From assembly GCA_029562645.1 (NCBI GenBank), contig JAKQUI010000030.1, forward strand, positions 35,891 to 99,890: a stretch of DNA of 64,000 bases, read 5' to 3'. Of the stretch, positions 48,502-56,864 are shown piece by piece. Source of the stretch: Spirochaetota bacterium. GTDB lineage: Bacteria; Spirochaetota; UBA4802; JAKQUI01. How positions within the stretch are numbered: the stretch's first letter is position 1; every line of letters starts with the position of its first letter. A program made the translations under genes and the position numbers. The notes under the pieces were generated by a model. That model had not been told where the DNA came from. It did no database searches and saw only the letters and a list, made by a program, of their open reading frames with translations.

Positions 48502-49620
48502 ATGCCGGCAACTCCGGACGACGCGATGGAACCACTTGACCTTCATTTCATGCGAAACGATCCGGTGGAGGCCGTCATGCTGGTCGACATCGCAACGCGG
48601 CGCGCTCGCGCCAATGCGGCCTTCCGCGACCTCGTGGGAACCCCTACCGAGGGACGTTTCGATGAGCTCATCACGACCGTAAGCGGCGATCACGCGCAGC
48701 AGGCGTTTCTTCGCGACGAGATTTTCACCGGGACCTTCGACGCGCGGCGGCCGCTCGACGTCCGCACCGGCCCGCGCCACTACCGGCTCTATGCGCACCG
48801 CGACGGGGGCGTCATCGTCATCCACGCGCGCGACATGGCCGAGCTCGACCGCGTGACCGAAGAGCTCAGCGAGTACGCGCGCGGCCTCACCGAGAACACC
48901 GTGGGGCTCGAGATGAGCCAGCGCGAGATCCGGCGGCAGTACGAGGAGCTGCAGGAGGAGCTGCGGAAGCGCATGATGGCGCAGGACCTGCTCCACCAGA
49001 GCATCCTGAACCTCAACCGCATCATCCACGAGATGATCGCGACCATTTCGACCATCAGCATCCTGCGCGATCCCTACACCGGCAAGCACCAGCAGCGCGT
49101 GGCCCACCTGGCGCGCTCGATCGCCGAGGAGCTGGAGCTCCCCCTGGACCAGATCCAGACGATCTATGTCGCGGGCATGATCCATGATGTCGGAAAACTT
49201 TCCATCCCCACGGAGATCCTGAGCAAGCCCGGCAAGATCAGCGAGGTCGAGTTTCTCCTCATACAAAACCACCCGCAGATATCCTACGAAATCCTCAAGC
49301 TCATCGAGTTCCCCTGGCCGGTGGCCACGATCGCCCTGCAACACCATGAAAAGCTCGATGGATCGGGATATCCGAACGGCATCCGGGGGGACGAGATCCT
49401 GCCCGAGACGAAGATCATCACGGTGGCCGACACCGTCGAAGCCATAAGCTCCCACCGGCCCTACCGGGCGGGCCTGGGGATCGAGAGCGCGCTCGAGGAG
49501 ATCCTGATCCACCGCGGCACCAAATACGACCCCGCGGCGGTCGACACCTGCGCGCGCCTGTTCCGCGAAAAGAACTTCGACTTCGAGAAGGACGAAACCA
49601 AAGACCTCTTTATGGCCTAG
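48502..49620 (+). CDS. HD-GYP domain protein with an N-terminal PAS-like region (putative c-di-GMP phosphodiesterase)
   Basis: HQQRVAHLA, MIHDVGKLSIP, HHEKLDGSGYPNG. Confidence 0.85.
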   Translation: MPATPDDAMEPLDLHFMRNDPVEAVMLVDIATRRARANAAFRDLVGTPTEGRFDELITTVSGDHAQQAFLRDEIFTGTFDARRPLDVRTGPRHYRLYAHRDGGVIVIHARDMAELDRVTEELSEYARGLTENTVGLEMSQREIRRQYEELQEELRKRMMAQDLLHQSILNLNRIIHEMIATISTISILRDPYTGKHQQRVAHLARSIAEELELPLDQIQTIYVAGMIHDVGKLSIPTEILSKPGKISEVEFLLIQNHPQISYEILKLIEFPWPVATIALQHHEKLDGSGYPNGIRGDEILPETKIITVADTVEAISSHRPYRAGLGIESALEEILIHRGTKYDPAAVDTCARLFREKNFDFEKDETKDLFMA

Positions 49621-50291
49621 CGGGGCGTCACCATGTCCCGGCCCGGCCGCCAGCCAGCCGGACAGAAGTCGCCGTTGCTCGCGCGCACCGCTACCGCCGC
49701 CTCGAGCTTGCGAAGCAGCTCATCGGCGCTCCGTCCGATCGTCTCGTCATGGAACTCGTAGGCGACGATCCGGCCCTCGGGATCCACCACGAAGCTCGCG
49801 CGTTCCGCGGCGCCCTTCGCCTCGACATATGCGCCGAGCGCCCGGGACAACTTCCCGGCGCGGTCCGAAACCATGGGGAAGGTCACGCGCCGAACGGCCT
49901 CGTTGTGCTCGTGCCAGGCCCTGTGCACGAACATAGAATCAGTGCTCACGCTCACCACCTCCGCCTTGAGCGCCGTGAACTTGCCGTACAGTTCGGCGAG
50001 CTCCCTGAGCTCGGTGGGGCACACATAGGTGAAGTCGGCGGGATAGAACACGAGGACCAGCCAGGCGCCGCGATAGTCCGCTAGCCGCACCGTTTTGATC
50101 TCGCCCTTGTGAAAGGCGTCGAGCGCCAGGTTCGGCACGGTTTTCCCGATAAGCGTATGCGGCGCGCCGTGCGTCCCTCCGTTCCCACCGAATGCATGTG
50201 GACACACCGGCGCCTCCCCGGCGCCGTTTGAACAGCCGGCTGAAAGCGCGATTACCAGCGATACCACGACACAGAGAACATGATAGCCCAT
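49617..50291 (-). CDS. Exported 2-Cys peroxiredoxin (AhpC/TSA family), lipoprotein-type signal
   Basis: LSAGCS lipobox. FYPADFTYVCPTEL has the peroxidatic Cys, and a Cys sits near the C-terminus (FCPAGW). Confidence 0.9.
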   Translation of the reverse strand: MGYHVLCVVVSLVIALSAGCSNGAGEAPVCPHAFGGNGGTHGAPHTLIGKTVPNLALDAFHKGEIKTVRLADYRGAWLVLVFYPADFTYVCPTELRELAELYGKFTALKAEVVSVSTDSMFVHRAWHEHNEAVRRVTFPMVSDRAGKLSRALGAYVEAKGAAERASFVVDPEGRIVAYEFHDETIGRSADELLRKLEAAVAVRASNGDFCPAGWRPGRDMVTPR

Positions 50292-50380
50292 ACGATCGCT
50301 CCTTCGTTTCGTTCGTATTTTTTATTTCACGTCGATTCGCGGCAAGCGTATCGCATGCGGGACGGGTTTTCAAGGGATTA

Positions 50381-50417
50381 TTAAAACGAACGGGGAGGCG
50401 TTCGGCCTCCCCGTTCG
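50381..50417 (-). terminator. Rho-independent terminator after the formate dehydrogenase operon
   Basis: Perfect 13-bp stem CGAACGGGGAGGC / GCCTCCCCGTTCG with a 5-nt loop, followed on the minus strand by TTTTAA. Confidence 0.7.
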
Positions 50418-50441
50418 GTGAACATCGACATGAGGCGTCGG

Positions 50442-51293
50442 CTACGACAGGCCGCGGTCTCCCACGGTCATCGAGCGCGCCACCTTGTACGCGGTGCGTT
50501 TGAGAAAGGGGAGACCGAACGTGAACAGCGAGAAGAAGCTGTAGAGGTTATTGATCTCCTCGACCTTTGTGATGTTGATGGGCGTGGGGTTGATCGGCAG
50601 GCCGAATTTCTCCGGCGCGTCCTTGAGTATGGTGATCACCCGCAATCCATCGAACTCCTTGAGCCCGTAGATGCTGGCCTTCGGGAAGTCCTTCTTGACC
50701 GCCGCGAGGCGCTCCTGCGCCGTGCGGATCACCCTGAGCCGGTGGTCGTAGGTGAGCGCGCCGGTCGGGCAGGCGAAGGCGCAGGCCGGGACCTTGCGCT
50801 CGTTGCGCGTGCAGGCGTGACACTTGTGCGACTTGCCCTTCTGGATGCGCTCGTACCACTTGTTCTCGCGCACACCCGGGTTGGGCACATAGGCCGCGGA
50901 ATAATCAACGGCGGCCACGCCCGGCACCTTGTAGATGCACTCGTTCACGCAGGCCCCGCAGCCGATGCACTTGTCCTGGTCTATCACCACCCAGCCGTCC
51001 ACCTTGGATATGGCCTTTTCGGGGCACACCCGGAGGCAGTTGGGCGTTTCGCAGTGATAGCACTTCTTGTGCATGATGGTCCACGAGGGCTTCTCGGGGT
51101 TCGAGCGGTCCAGCGGGAAAAACTTCACGTGGTTCCACGTGATGGCCGAGAGCTCCTTCGGATTGGTGAGCTCCGGGCCGGCGAAGAACTCGGTCTTTTC
51201 CCCCGGATTCTCGTTCCACTGCTTGCAGGCGACCTGGCAGGAGCGGCATCCGGAACATTTCGTCGTGTCGACTAAAAACGCTTTATCTGACAT
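50442..51293 (-). CDS. Formate dehydrogenase iron-sulfur (beta) subunit, 4x[4Fe-4S] ferredoxin-type
   Basis: CSGCRSCQVACKQWN, CYHCETPNCLRVCP, CIGCGACVNEC, CHACT...CAFACPTGAL. Confidence 0.88.
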   Translation of the reverse strand: MSDKAFLVDTTKCSGCRSCQVACKQWNENPGEKTEFFAGPELTNPKELSAITWNHVKFFPLDRSNPEKPSWTIMHKKCYHCETPNCLRVCPEKAISKVDGWVVIDQDKCIGCGACVNECIYKVPGVAAVDYSAAYVPNPGVRENKWYERIQKGKSHKCHACTRNERKVPACAFACPTGALTYDHRLRVIRTAQERLAAVKKDFPKASIYGLKEFDGLRVITILKDAPEKFGLPINPTPINITKVEEINNLYSFFSLFTFGLPFLKRTAYKVARSMTVGDRGLS

Positions 51294-51306
51294 ATCGATA
51301 CCCTCC

Positions 51307-54279
51307 CTATGCCTTTCTGATGTCTACCAGGAATGCCTTGTATTCCGGTATCATCACGTTAGGATCGCCGATCGCGGGAGTGAGCTGATTGCAGCTGTCC
51401 CCCGTTTCGGCGCAGCCGTGGCCGAAGTGCCAGATCATGCCCACCATCTCGGTCGGTTTGCCGTTGATCTTGAGCGGCTGCACGCGGTCGGTCACCAGCG
51501 CATATGCGCCGATCTCGCCGCGAGCCGATTGGATGCGCACCTTGTCACCGTTCTTGATGCCCTTGGCGGCGGCCAGCGACGGGCTGATCTCGCAGAACAT
51601 GTCGGGAACGAGCTCGGTGAGCCACGGGAGGTTTCGCGTCATGGCGCCGGCCTGCCAGTGCTCGACCACGCGATACGAGGTGGCAATGAACGGGTAACGT
51701 CCCGCATCGCCCCACTTGTTCATGTCGCTGGCGAGGACCTTGACGGCCGGATTGAGCTTTTGCGCGCTCATGAGGTTGGTCGTCGGCGTTTCCATCGGCT
51801 CATAGTGCTCGGGGAGCGGGCCGTCGACGCAACCGGACGGCGCGAAGAGGCGTCCCACGCCTTCGGTGTTCATGATGAACGGGTTCTTCTTGTCGGGACC
51901 GAACTTGGGTCCGCCGTCCACCACGTCGCCCTTCCACTCGCTGCCGTTCCACTTGATGATCTCCCGCGAGGGATCCCAGGGTTCGCCCTTGCGGTTCACC
52001 GCGGCCCGGTTGTAGATGATGCGCCGGTTCACCGGCCAGCACCAGGTCCATTCGGGGAACATGCCCATCTTGCCCGGATCGCTGGTCCCGCGGCGGGCCA
52101 TCATGTTCTTCCCGGTGTAGCTGCCGCAGTATATCCAGTTCCCGCAGGCCGTCGAGCCGTCGTCCTTCAGGTCGAAAAAGGCGTTGATCTGCTTCTTCGT
52201 TTTCACATCGTAGCCGTTGATCTCCTTGGCCACCATGTGCGGATCCGGCTCGTGCTCTCCCTCATGGGTGAAGTTCCAAAGCGACTTCACGATGGGATCC
52301 GGGAACGCACCGCCGTCCTTCTTGTACAGCTCGCGCACCGCGCGAAAGATCATGTCCATGATGTCCAGGTCGGCCTTCGCCTCTCCGGGAGGATTGACGG
52401 CCTTGTAGCGCCACTGCGCCCAGCGACCCGAATTGGACACGCTGCCTTCCTTCTCGACCGACGATGCCGCCGGCAAGAGGAACACCTCGGTCTTGATCTG
52501 CTTGGGGTCGATGCCCGGGCGCTTCCAGAAGATCGACGAGTCCGTCTCCCAGAGGTCCACGGCGACCAGCCAATCGAGCTTCTCGAGGGCCTTCGCTTCC
52601 TTGTTGGCGTTGGGTCCGCCCACCACGGGATTGGTGCCCCAGAAGAACGTGCCCTTGATCTTGCCCTCGTACATGTCCTCGAAGAGGATGATGTGCGGTG
52701 CGGGCCGGACCGCCTTGGGGAACCAGTCGTAGCAGTAGTTGTTTTCCTTCTTGGCGTTCTCGCCGTAGAAGGCCTTCATCAGGCTCACCCAGTATTTGGG
52801 ATATTCCTTTTTCCAGTTGATGCTCATCGGGTCATTGGTTGGCGCGAAGAGCTTCTTGATGTAATCCTCGTAGGTCGGGTTCGCAGCCGCCTGCGGGACC
52901 GGCATGTAGCCGGGGACCAGGTGCCACAGCAGGCCGTGGTCGGTGGAGCCCTGCACGTTCGATTCGCCGCGCAGCGCATTGATGCCGCCGCCCGCCAGGC
53001 CCATGTTGCCCATCAGGAGCTGCAGGATGGCCATGAGCCGGACGTTCTGCGTGCCCACCGTGTGCTGGGTGATACCCATCGCGTACATGAAGTTCGCGAC
53101 GCGGTCCGGCTTGTGGGTCGAACAGAACACCTCGCACACCTTGACGAACGCGTCCTTGGGACACCCGGTGATCGCCTCGACCTTTTCGAGCGTATACCGC
53201 TCGTAGTGCTTCTTCATGATCTGCAACACGCAGTTGGGATCCTTCATGGTCGGGTCTTTCTTCGGGACGCCCTTCTCGTCCACCTGATACTGCCAGGTCG
53301 CGCCATCGTACTTCTTTTCGCCGGCATTGTAGCCGCTGAAGAGGCCGTTGTTGAACCCGTAACCCGGCTTGATCAGGTACGTCATGTTGGTGTATTCCTT
53401 GACGTATTCCTTGTTGATGAGGTCCTTCTGTAGGGCGTAATTCACGATGCCCCCCAAGAAGGCGATGTCCGTCCCCGGACGAATGGGCGCGTATACATCG
53501 GACAGCGACGAGGTCTTGGTGAAACGCGGATCGACGCTGATGATCTTCGCGCCGCGCTCCTCCTTCGCCTTCATGATCCAGCGGAAGGAGATGGGATGGT
53601 TCTCGGCGCAGTTGCTCCCGATGATGAAGATAACGTCAGAATTCTTGATATCGATCCAGTGATTCGTCATGGCGCCACGGCCATAGGTTGCCGCCAGACC
53701 GGCGACAGTGGCAGAGTGTCATATTCGAGCCTGGTGCTCTATGTAGGTGAGCCCAAGCAAACGGTCCATCTTCGAGAGCGCGTAGCACTCCTCGCTGTCG
53801 AGGGCCGCGCCGCCCATGCTCGCGATGCCGGCGGTGCGGTTCACGGTTACCGCGCCCTCCTTCTGTTGGAACGTCGCGTCACGGGTCTTTTTCACGCGCT
53901 CGGCGATCATCGCGATCGCATCCTTCCACGCGATTTCCTTCCACTCGGTCGCATACGGCGCGCGGTACTGCACCTTGGTGAGTCGCTTGTTGATGGGGTT
54001 GACGGCGATCTGATGGAGCGCGCTCCCCTTCGAGCACAGCGAGCCCTGGTTGATGGGATGATCGGGGTCGCCCTCGATATTGACGACCTTCCCGTCCCGG
54101 ACCGAAACGATCAGCCCGCAACCGACGCCGCAGAACGGGCAAATGGTGGTGCTTTCTTTTGTTCCCCGGAGCTTGTCGGGCATCGATTTGCAGCCCGTCA
54201 GAAACGAAACGCCGCCGAGAAAGGCGCCCGCGGCCGTTACCCCTGATAGCTTCAGGAAGTCCCTTCTGGTTAAAGGCAT
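51307..54279 (-). CDS. fdhA: Periplasmic (Tat-exported) formate dehydrogenase catalytic subunit with selenocysteine encoded by in-frame TGA at 53719-53721
   Basis: Twin-Arg MPLTRRDFLK, [4Fe-4S] CPFCGVGCG, and EHQARI-U-HSATVAGLAATYGRGAMTNHW spanning the TGA. Track ORFs 53719-54405 and 51307-53670 are in the same frame. RBS AGGAGG precedes ATG 54279. Confidence 0.9.
53680..53712 (-). other. SECIS-like hairpin immediately 3' of the UGA
   Basis: mRNA GCCA-CU-GUCGCC-GGUCU-GGCGGC-AACCUA-UGGC. The apical GGUCU loop on a GC stem resembles the E. coli fdhF SECIS apex (GCAGGUCUGC). Confidence 0.6.
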
Positions 54280-54658
54280 GATAACCTCCTCTGATGATAA
54301 ATGCTGGTAGAGCGGATGATCGAACGTGTGACCATGCGTGTTCGCCATTAAAAAGCCGGGAACCGCCGAGGCCCGCGATATGGTGGATACGACGGCCCAG
54401 CCCATCCCCGGACGGACAAAGGGCCCATTGCGGCGGAATACCCGCGCACGGACCGCTTATCGCGTAATTCTTCTTTCCAGAAATGGGAGGCGCGCCGATT
54501 TCTCGAGGCACCCTGACGGACCGCCGCCATGGCATTCGCTGTAGGCGGGCAGACTCGAAGAATTGTATCAATTGTCGACCGAGAGGCGCTTCTGTCAATA
54601 GAATTTTCGACAAAATGGGGTGATGACAGGGGGGATCCGGCCGACAAACGGGCGAAAC

Positions 54659-55777
54659 TCAGCCGTTGCCCTCATGGAACTCTGTCGCATCGTACCCGCT
54701 GACAAGTTTGTATATTTCCCAGAGCGAGAAAAAGAGCGTCAGCAGAATCGGTCCCACGATGATGCCCGCCAATCCGAACGTTTGGATGCTCCCCAGGAGC
54801 AGAAAGAAAAACACCAGGGGATGGAAATGCAGCTTTTTGCCAAACACCGCCGGTTTGAACAGGTTTTCGAGGAGCAGATAGGCCGCACAACACCACACAC
54901 CCAGGAGCATTGCGCCCACATAGCCGCCCTCGGCGATCAGAAAGAGCACGGCGGGGACCCAGACCAACGCGGTCCCCACGACCGGGATCAACGAGAGAAT
55001 GGCCGCGATACTGCCCCAGAGAAGCGGCATCTCCACATTGGCCGCGTAGAACCCGATGCCCACGACCGTCCCCTGCAGAAACATCACGAAGAGGTTCCCG
55101 GCCACCAGGACCTTGATCACCTCTTTGAGGCGCCCCACGACGTCCATCTCGATGTCGTCCGGCCAGGGCAGAATGCGATAGAAGGGCCCCTCGAGCCGAT
55201 AGCCGTCCTTGAACAGGAAAAAGAGAATCAGCAACATGAAAAAGAAGTTCACGATAAACTGCACTGAAAAGTTGAGCACGCCCGTGAGATTGGAAAACAC
55301 CGACAGCGCCGTTTGACGCACGACATCGACCGATTTGCGCGCCATCTCGGCCTCGTCGATGTTCAGCATGCCGTAGAACTGGGTGATCAGCGGATTGTTC
55401 CGATAGGCGTCCTCGACGACCTTCAGGTCGAGGTGCTGCTGCAGGTACACGTAGAACTGATAGGTCTGGCTGGCCAGCGCGAGCAGCAGCAGGAAGGCGG
55501 GGACGATGATGAGCATGAAAAACGCGCTAATGACCGCAAGCGACGCCAGCGTGCGCCGCCGCACCACGCGCAGGGCGATATCGAACACCGGCCGGAGCGC
55601 AATGTAGAAGATGAGCGCGAACAGGAAGGGCCACACAAAATGCCGGTAGATGAGCCCGACCAAGAGCAGCACCATCCCGAACAGAATGAAAAACAGCGCC
55701 ATCAGGCGTTTGTTCTCCATCACGGCGCGATAGGGTTCCTTGTTCTGCAGCATGCGGGCCTCCTCCGGGCGCACCAC
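54659..55777 (-). CDS. AI-2E family transporter (PerM/YhhT-like permease)
   Basis: About 8 TM helices, with typical LIPVVGTALVWVPA and FGLAGIIVGPIL segments. Confidence 0.85.
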   Translation of the reverse strand: MVRPEEARMLQNKEPYRAVMENKRLMALFFILFGMVLLLVGLIYRHFVWPFLFALIFYIALRPVFDIALRVVRRRTLASLAVISAFFMLIIVPAFLLLLALASQTYQFYVYLQQHLDLKVVEDAYRNNPLITQFYGMLNIDEAEMARKSVDVVRQTALSVFSNLTGVLNFSVQFIVNFFFMLLILFFLFKDGYRLEGPFYRILPWPDDIEMDVVGRLKEVIKVLVAGNLFVMFLQGTVVGIGFYAANVEMPLLWGSIAAILSLIPVVGTALVWVPAVLFLIAEGGYVGAMLLGVWCCAAYLLLENLFKPAVFGKKLHFHPLVFFFLLLGSIQTFGLAGIIVGPILLTLFFSLWEIYKLVSGYDATEFHEGNG

Positions 55778-55819
55778 GGGCCTCGGCGGTGAAAACGGGC
55801 GAGTCGGTTGTTTCGTTCG

Positions 55820-55984
55820 CTACTTCGTCAGATAGTGAGATAGGTCCGTTGCTATTTTCTTAATAGCATGATCCAGGTAGTCATTGTCCGAGATCCTCTT
55901 CCGGTATTCGTCAATCTTCTGCCGGTTTCCGAGAATCTTGCCCTGTTTTGTCTCACGATCATCCATGTTCATGAGATCTTTCAT
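55820..55984 (-). CDS. 54-aa protein, possibly an anti-sigma-28 FlgM-like factor (below the ORF-track length cut-off)
   Basis: MKDLMNMDDRETKQGKILGNRQKIDEYRKRISDNDYLDHAIKKIATDLSHYLTK. Strong RBS AAGGAGAGGGAG. The tail resembles the FlgM C-terminus (K.e.lk..I..g.Y.vd...iA..l). Confidence 0.4.
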   Translation of the reverse strand: MKDLMNMDDRETKQGKILGNRQKIDEYRKRISDNDYLDHAIKKIATDLSHYLTK

Positions 55985-56044
55985 GAAAGCTCCCTCTCCT
56001 TGGCCCGCCGTTCCTCCATGAACGGCGCCCAGCGACCTGATTAA

Positions 56045-56071
56045 TTCATCGGACTCGGGGGGGGAGACTTA
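56045..56071 (-). promoter_or_regulatory. Sigma-28 (FliA)-like promoter with a C8 homopolymer in the spacer
   Basis: Minus strand TAAG (56071-68), tctCCCCCCCCgagt, CCGATGAA (56052-45), against the consensus TAAA-N15-GCCGATAA. About 55 nt upstream of the 54-aa ORF. Confidence 0.4.
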
Positions 56072-56224
56072 AGCAGCTTTTTGCGCCTGCGTTAAATATT
56101 TAGCCCAATTCGGCCGGATTATGAAACATTGGGGGCCAAAAAAATCATCGAAATATAGAAAATGTTTACTTCGGAAAAAGGGTGATGATAGCGCCGGAAA
56201 ACGAACGAAATGGCAAAAACCGTA

Positions 56225-56578
56225 TTATCGGAAACAATCCTCGACCCAGGTGATCGCGCCATTCTCGATCGCGACAAGATCGAAGCGGCACCTGACGGCG
56301 CGGGTATGATAGCGCGGATTGGCCATCAGGAACTGTCCGGCGATGAGCCGCATCGTGCGCATCTTTCGCTCCGAGATCGACCGAAGCGGCCCCCCGTATC
56401 GATCGCTCCGCCGCGTCTTCACCTCGACGAACACGAGCAGATCGTCCTTGCGCGCAATAAGGTCGATCTCGCCATAGCGACGATACCGGTAATTCCGCGC
56501 GACGACCGTGAAGCCGCGCTCTTCGAGATGTCGCGCCGCCGCGTCCTCGCCGGCGCTCCCGACAATCGCAGTATTCAT
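56225..56578 (-). CDS. yraN: YraN family (UPF0102) endonuclease-like protein
   Basis: MNTAIVGSAGEDAAARHLEERGFTVVARNYRYRRYGEIDLIARKDDLLVFVEVKTR. Refined start is ATG 56578. Confidence 0.85.
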   Translation of the reverse strand: MNTAIVGSAGEDAAARHLEERGFTVVARNYRYRRYGEIDLIARKDDLLVFVEVKTRRSDRYGGPLRSISERKMRTMRLIAGQFLMANPRYHTRAVRCRFDLVAIENGAITWVEDCFR

Positions 56579-56864
56579 GACCGCGGACCTTCCTACAATG
56601 CGGCGTTGCGCGGGGCTCATCCCCCGCTTGTTGATCAATGCGAGCGGAGCGTAAGCGCGCACGAGCCCTCGTATACAAATACGAATGCTGCATACGCTTC
56701 TTTGAACGGGAAATGCGGGGAATCGTGAATGTGCGGCATCACTGACCGAACGCGGCCGGTCACGACGCATCGAACGGGACGCAGCCATCATAACAATGTG
56801 CGTAATTTAAACGGCGATGGTCGGGATTTAGAACCTACTAAAATAGGCTTTAAAAAAGGGAAAA

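Noticed and set aside
51067-53433. 788-aa plus-strand ORF opposite the formate dehydrogenase gene
   Set aside because: It is antisense to a gene with clear FdhA motifs and has low-complexity composition. Similar artefacts that I rejected on the same grounds are 24422-26212, 24300-25877, 42917-44737, 44893-46284, 45449-46426, 21364-22719, 40182-41192, 57171-58370, 35249-35959 and 48085-49512.
51307-54405. Interpreting 53719-54405 and 51307-53670 as a disrupted gene or pseudogene
   Set aside because: The two pieces share a frame. A single TGA sits exactly at the conserved Sec/Cys active-site position, followed by a SECIS-like hairpin. Selenocysteine recoding explains this better than decay.
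54473-54508. Moco riboswitch upstream of fdhA
   Set aside because: Short motifs (CCTCGAG, GCCTCCC, GGAAAG on the minus strand) recall the Moco RNA. Their order and spacing do not fit my memory of the consensus, and I could not build the expected stems. It is kept only as something to test with a covariance model.
56121-56309. 62-aa very basic plus-strand ORF (MKHWGPKKSSKYRK...)
   Set aside because: It overlaps the 3' end of yraN on the opposite strand and has no RBS. The K/R/S-rich composition is consistent with chance translation of an AT-rich promoter region.
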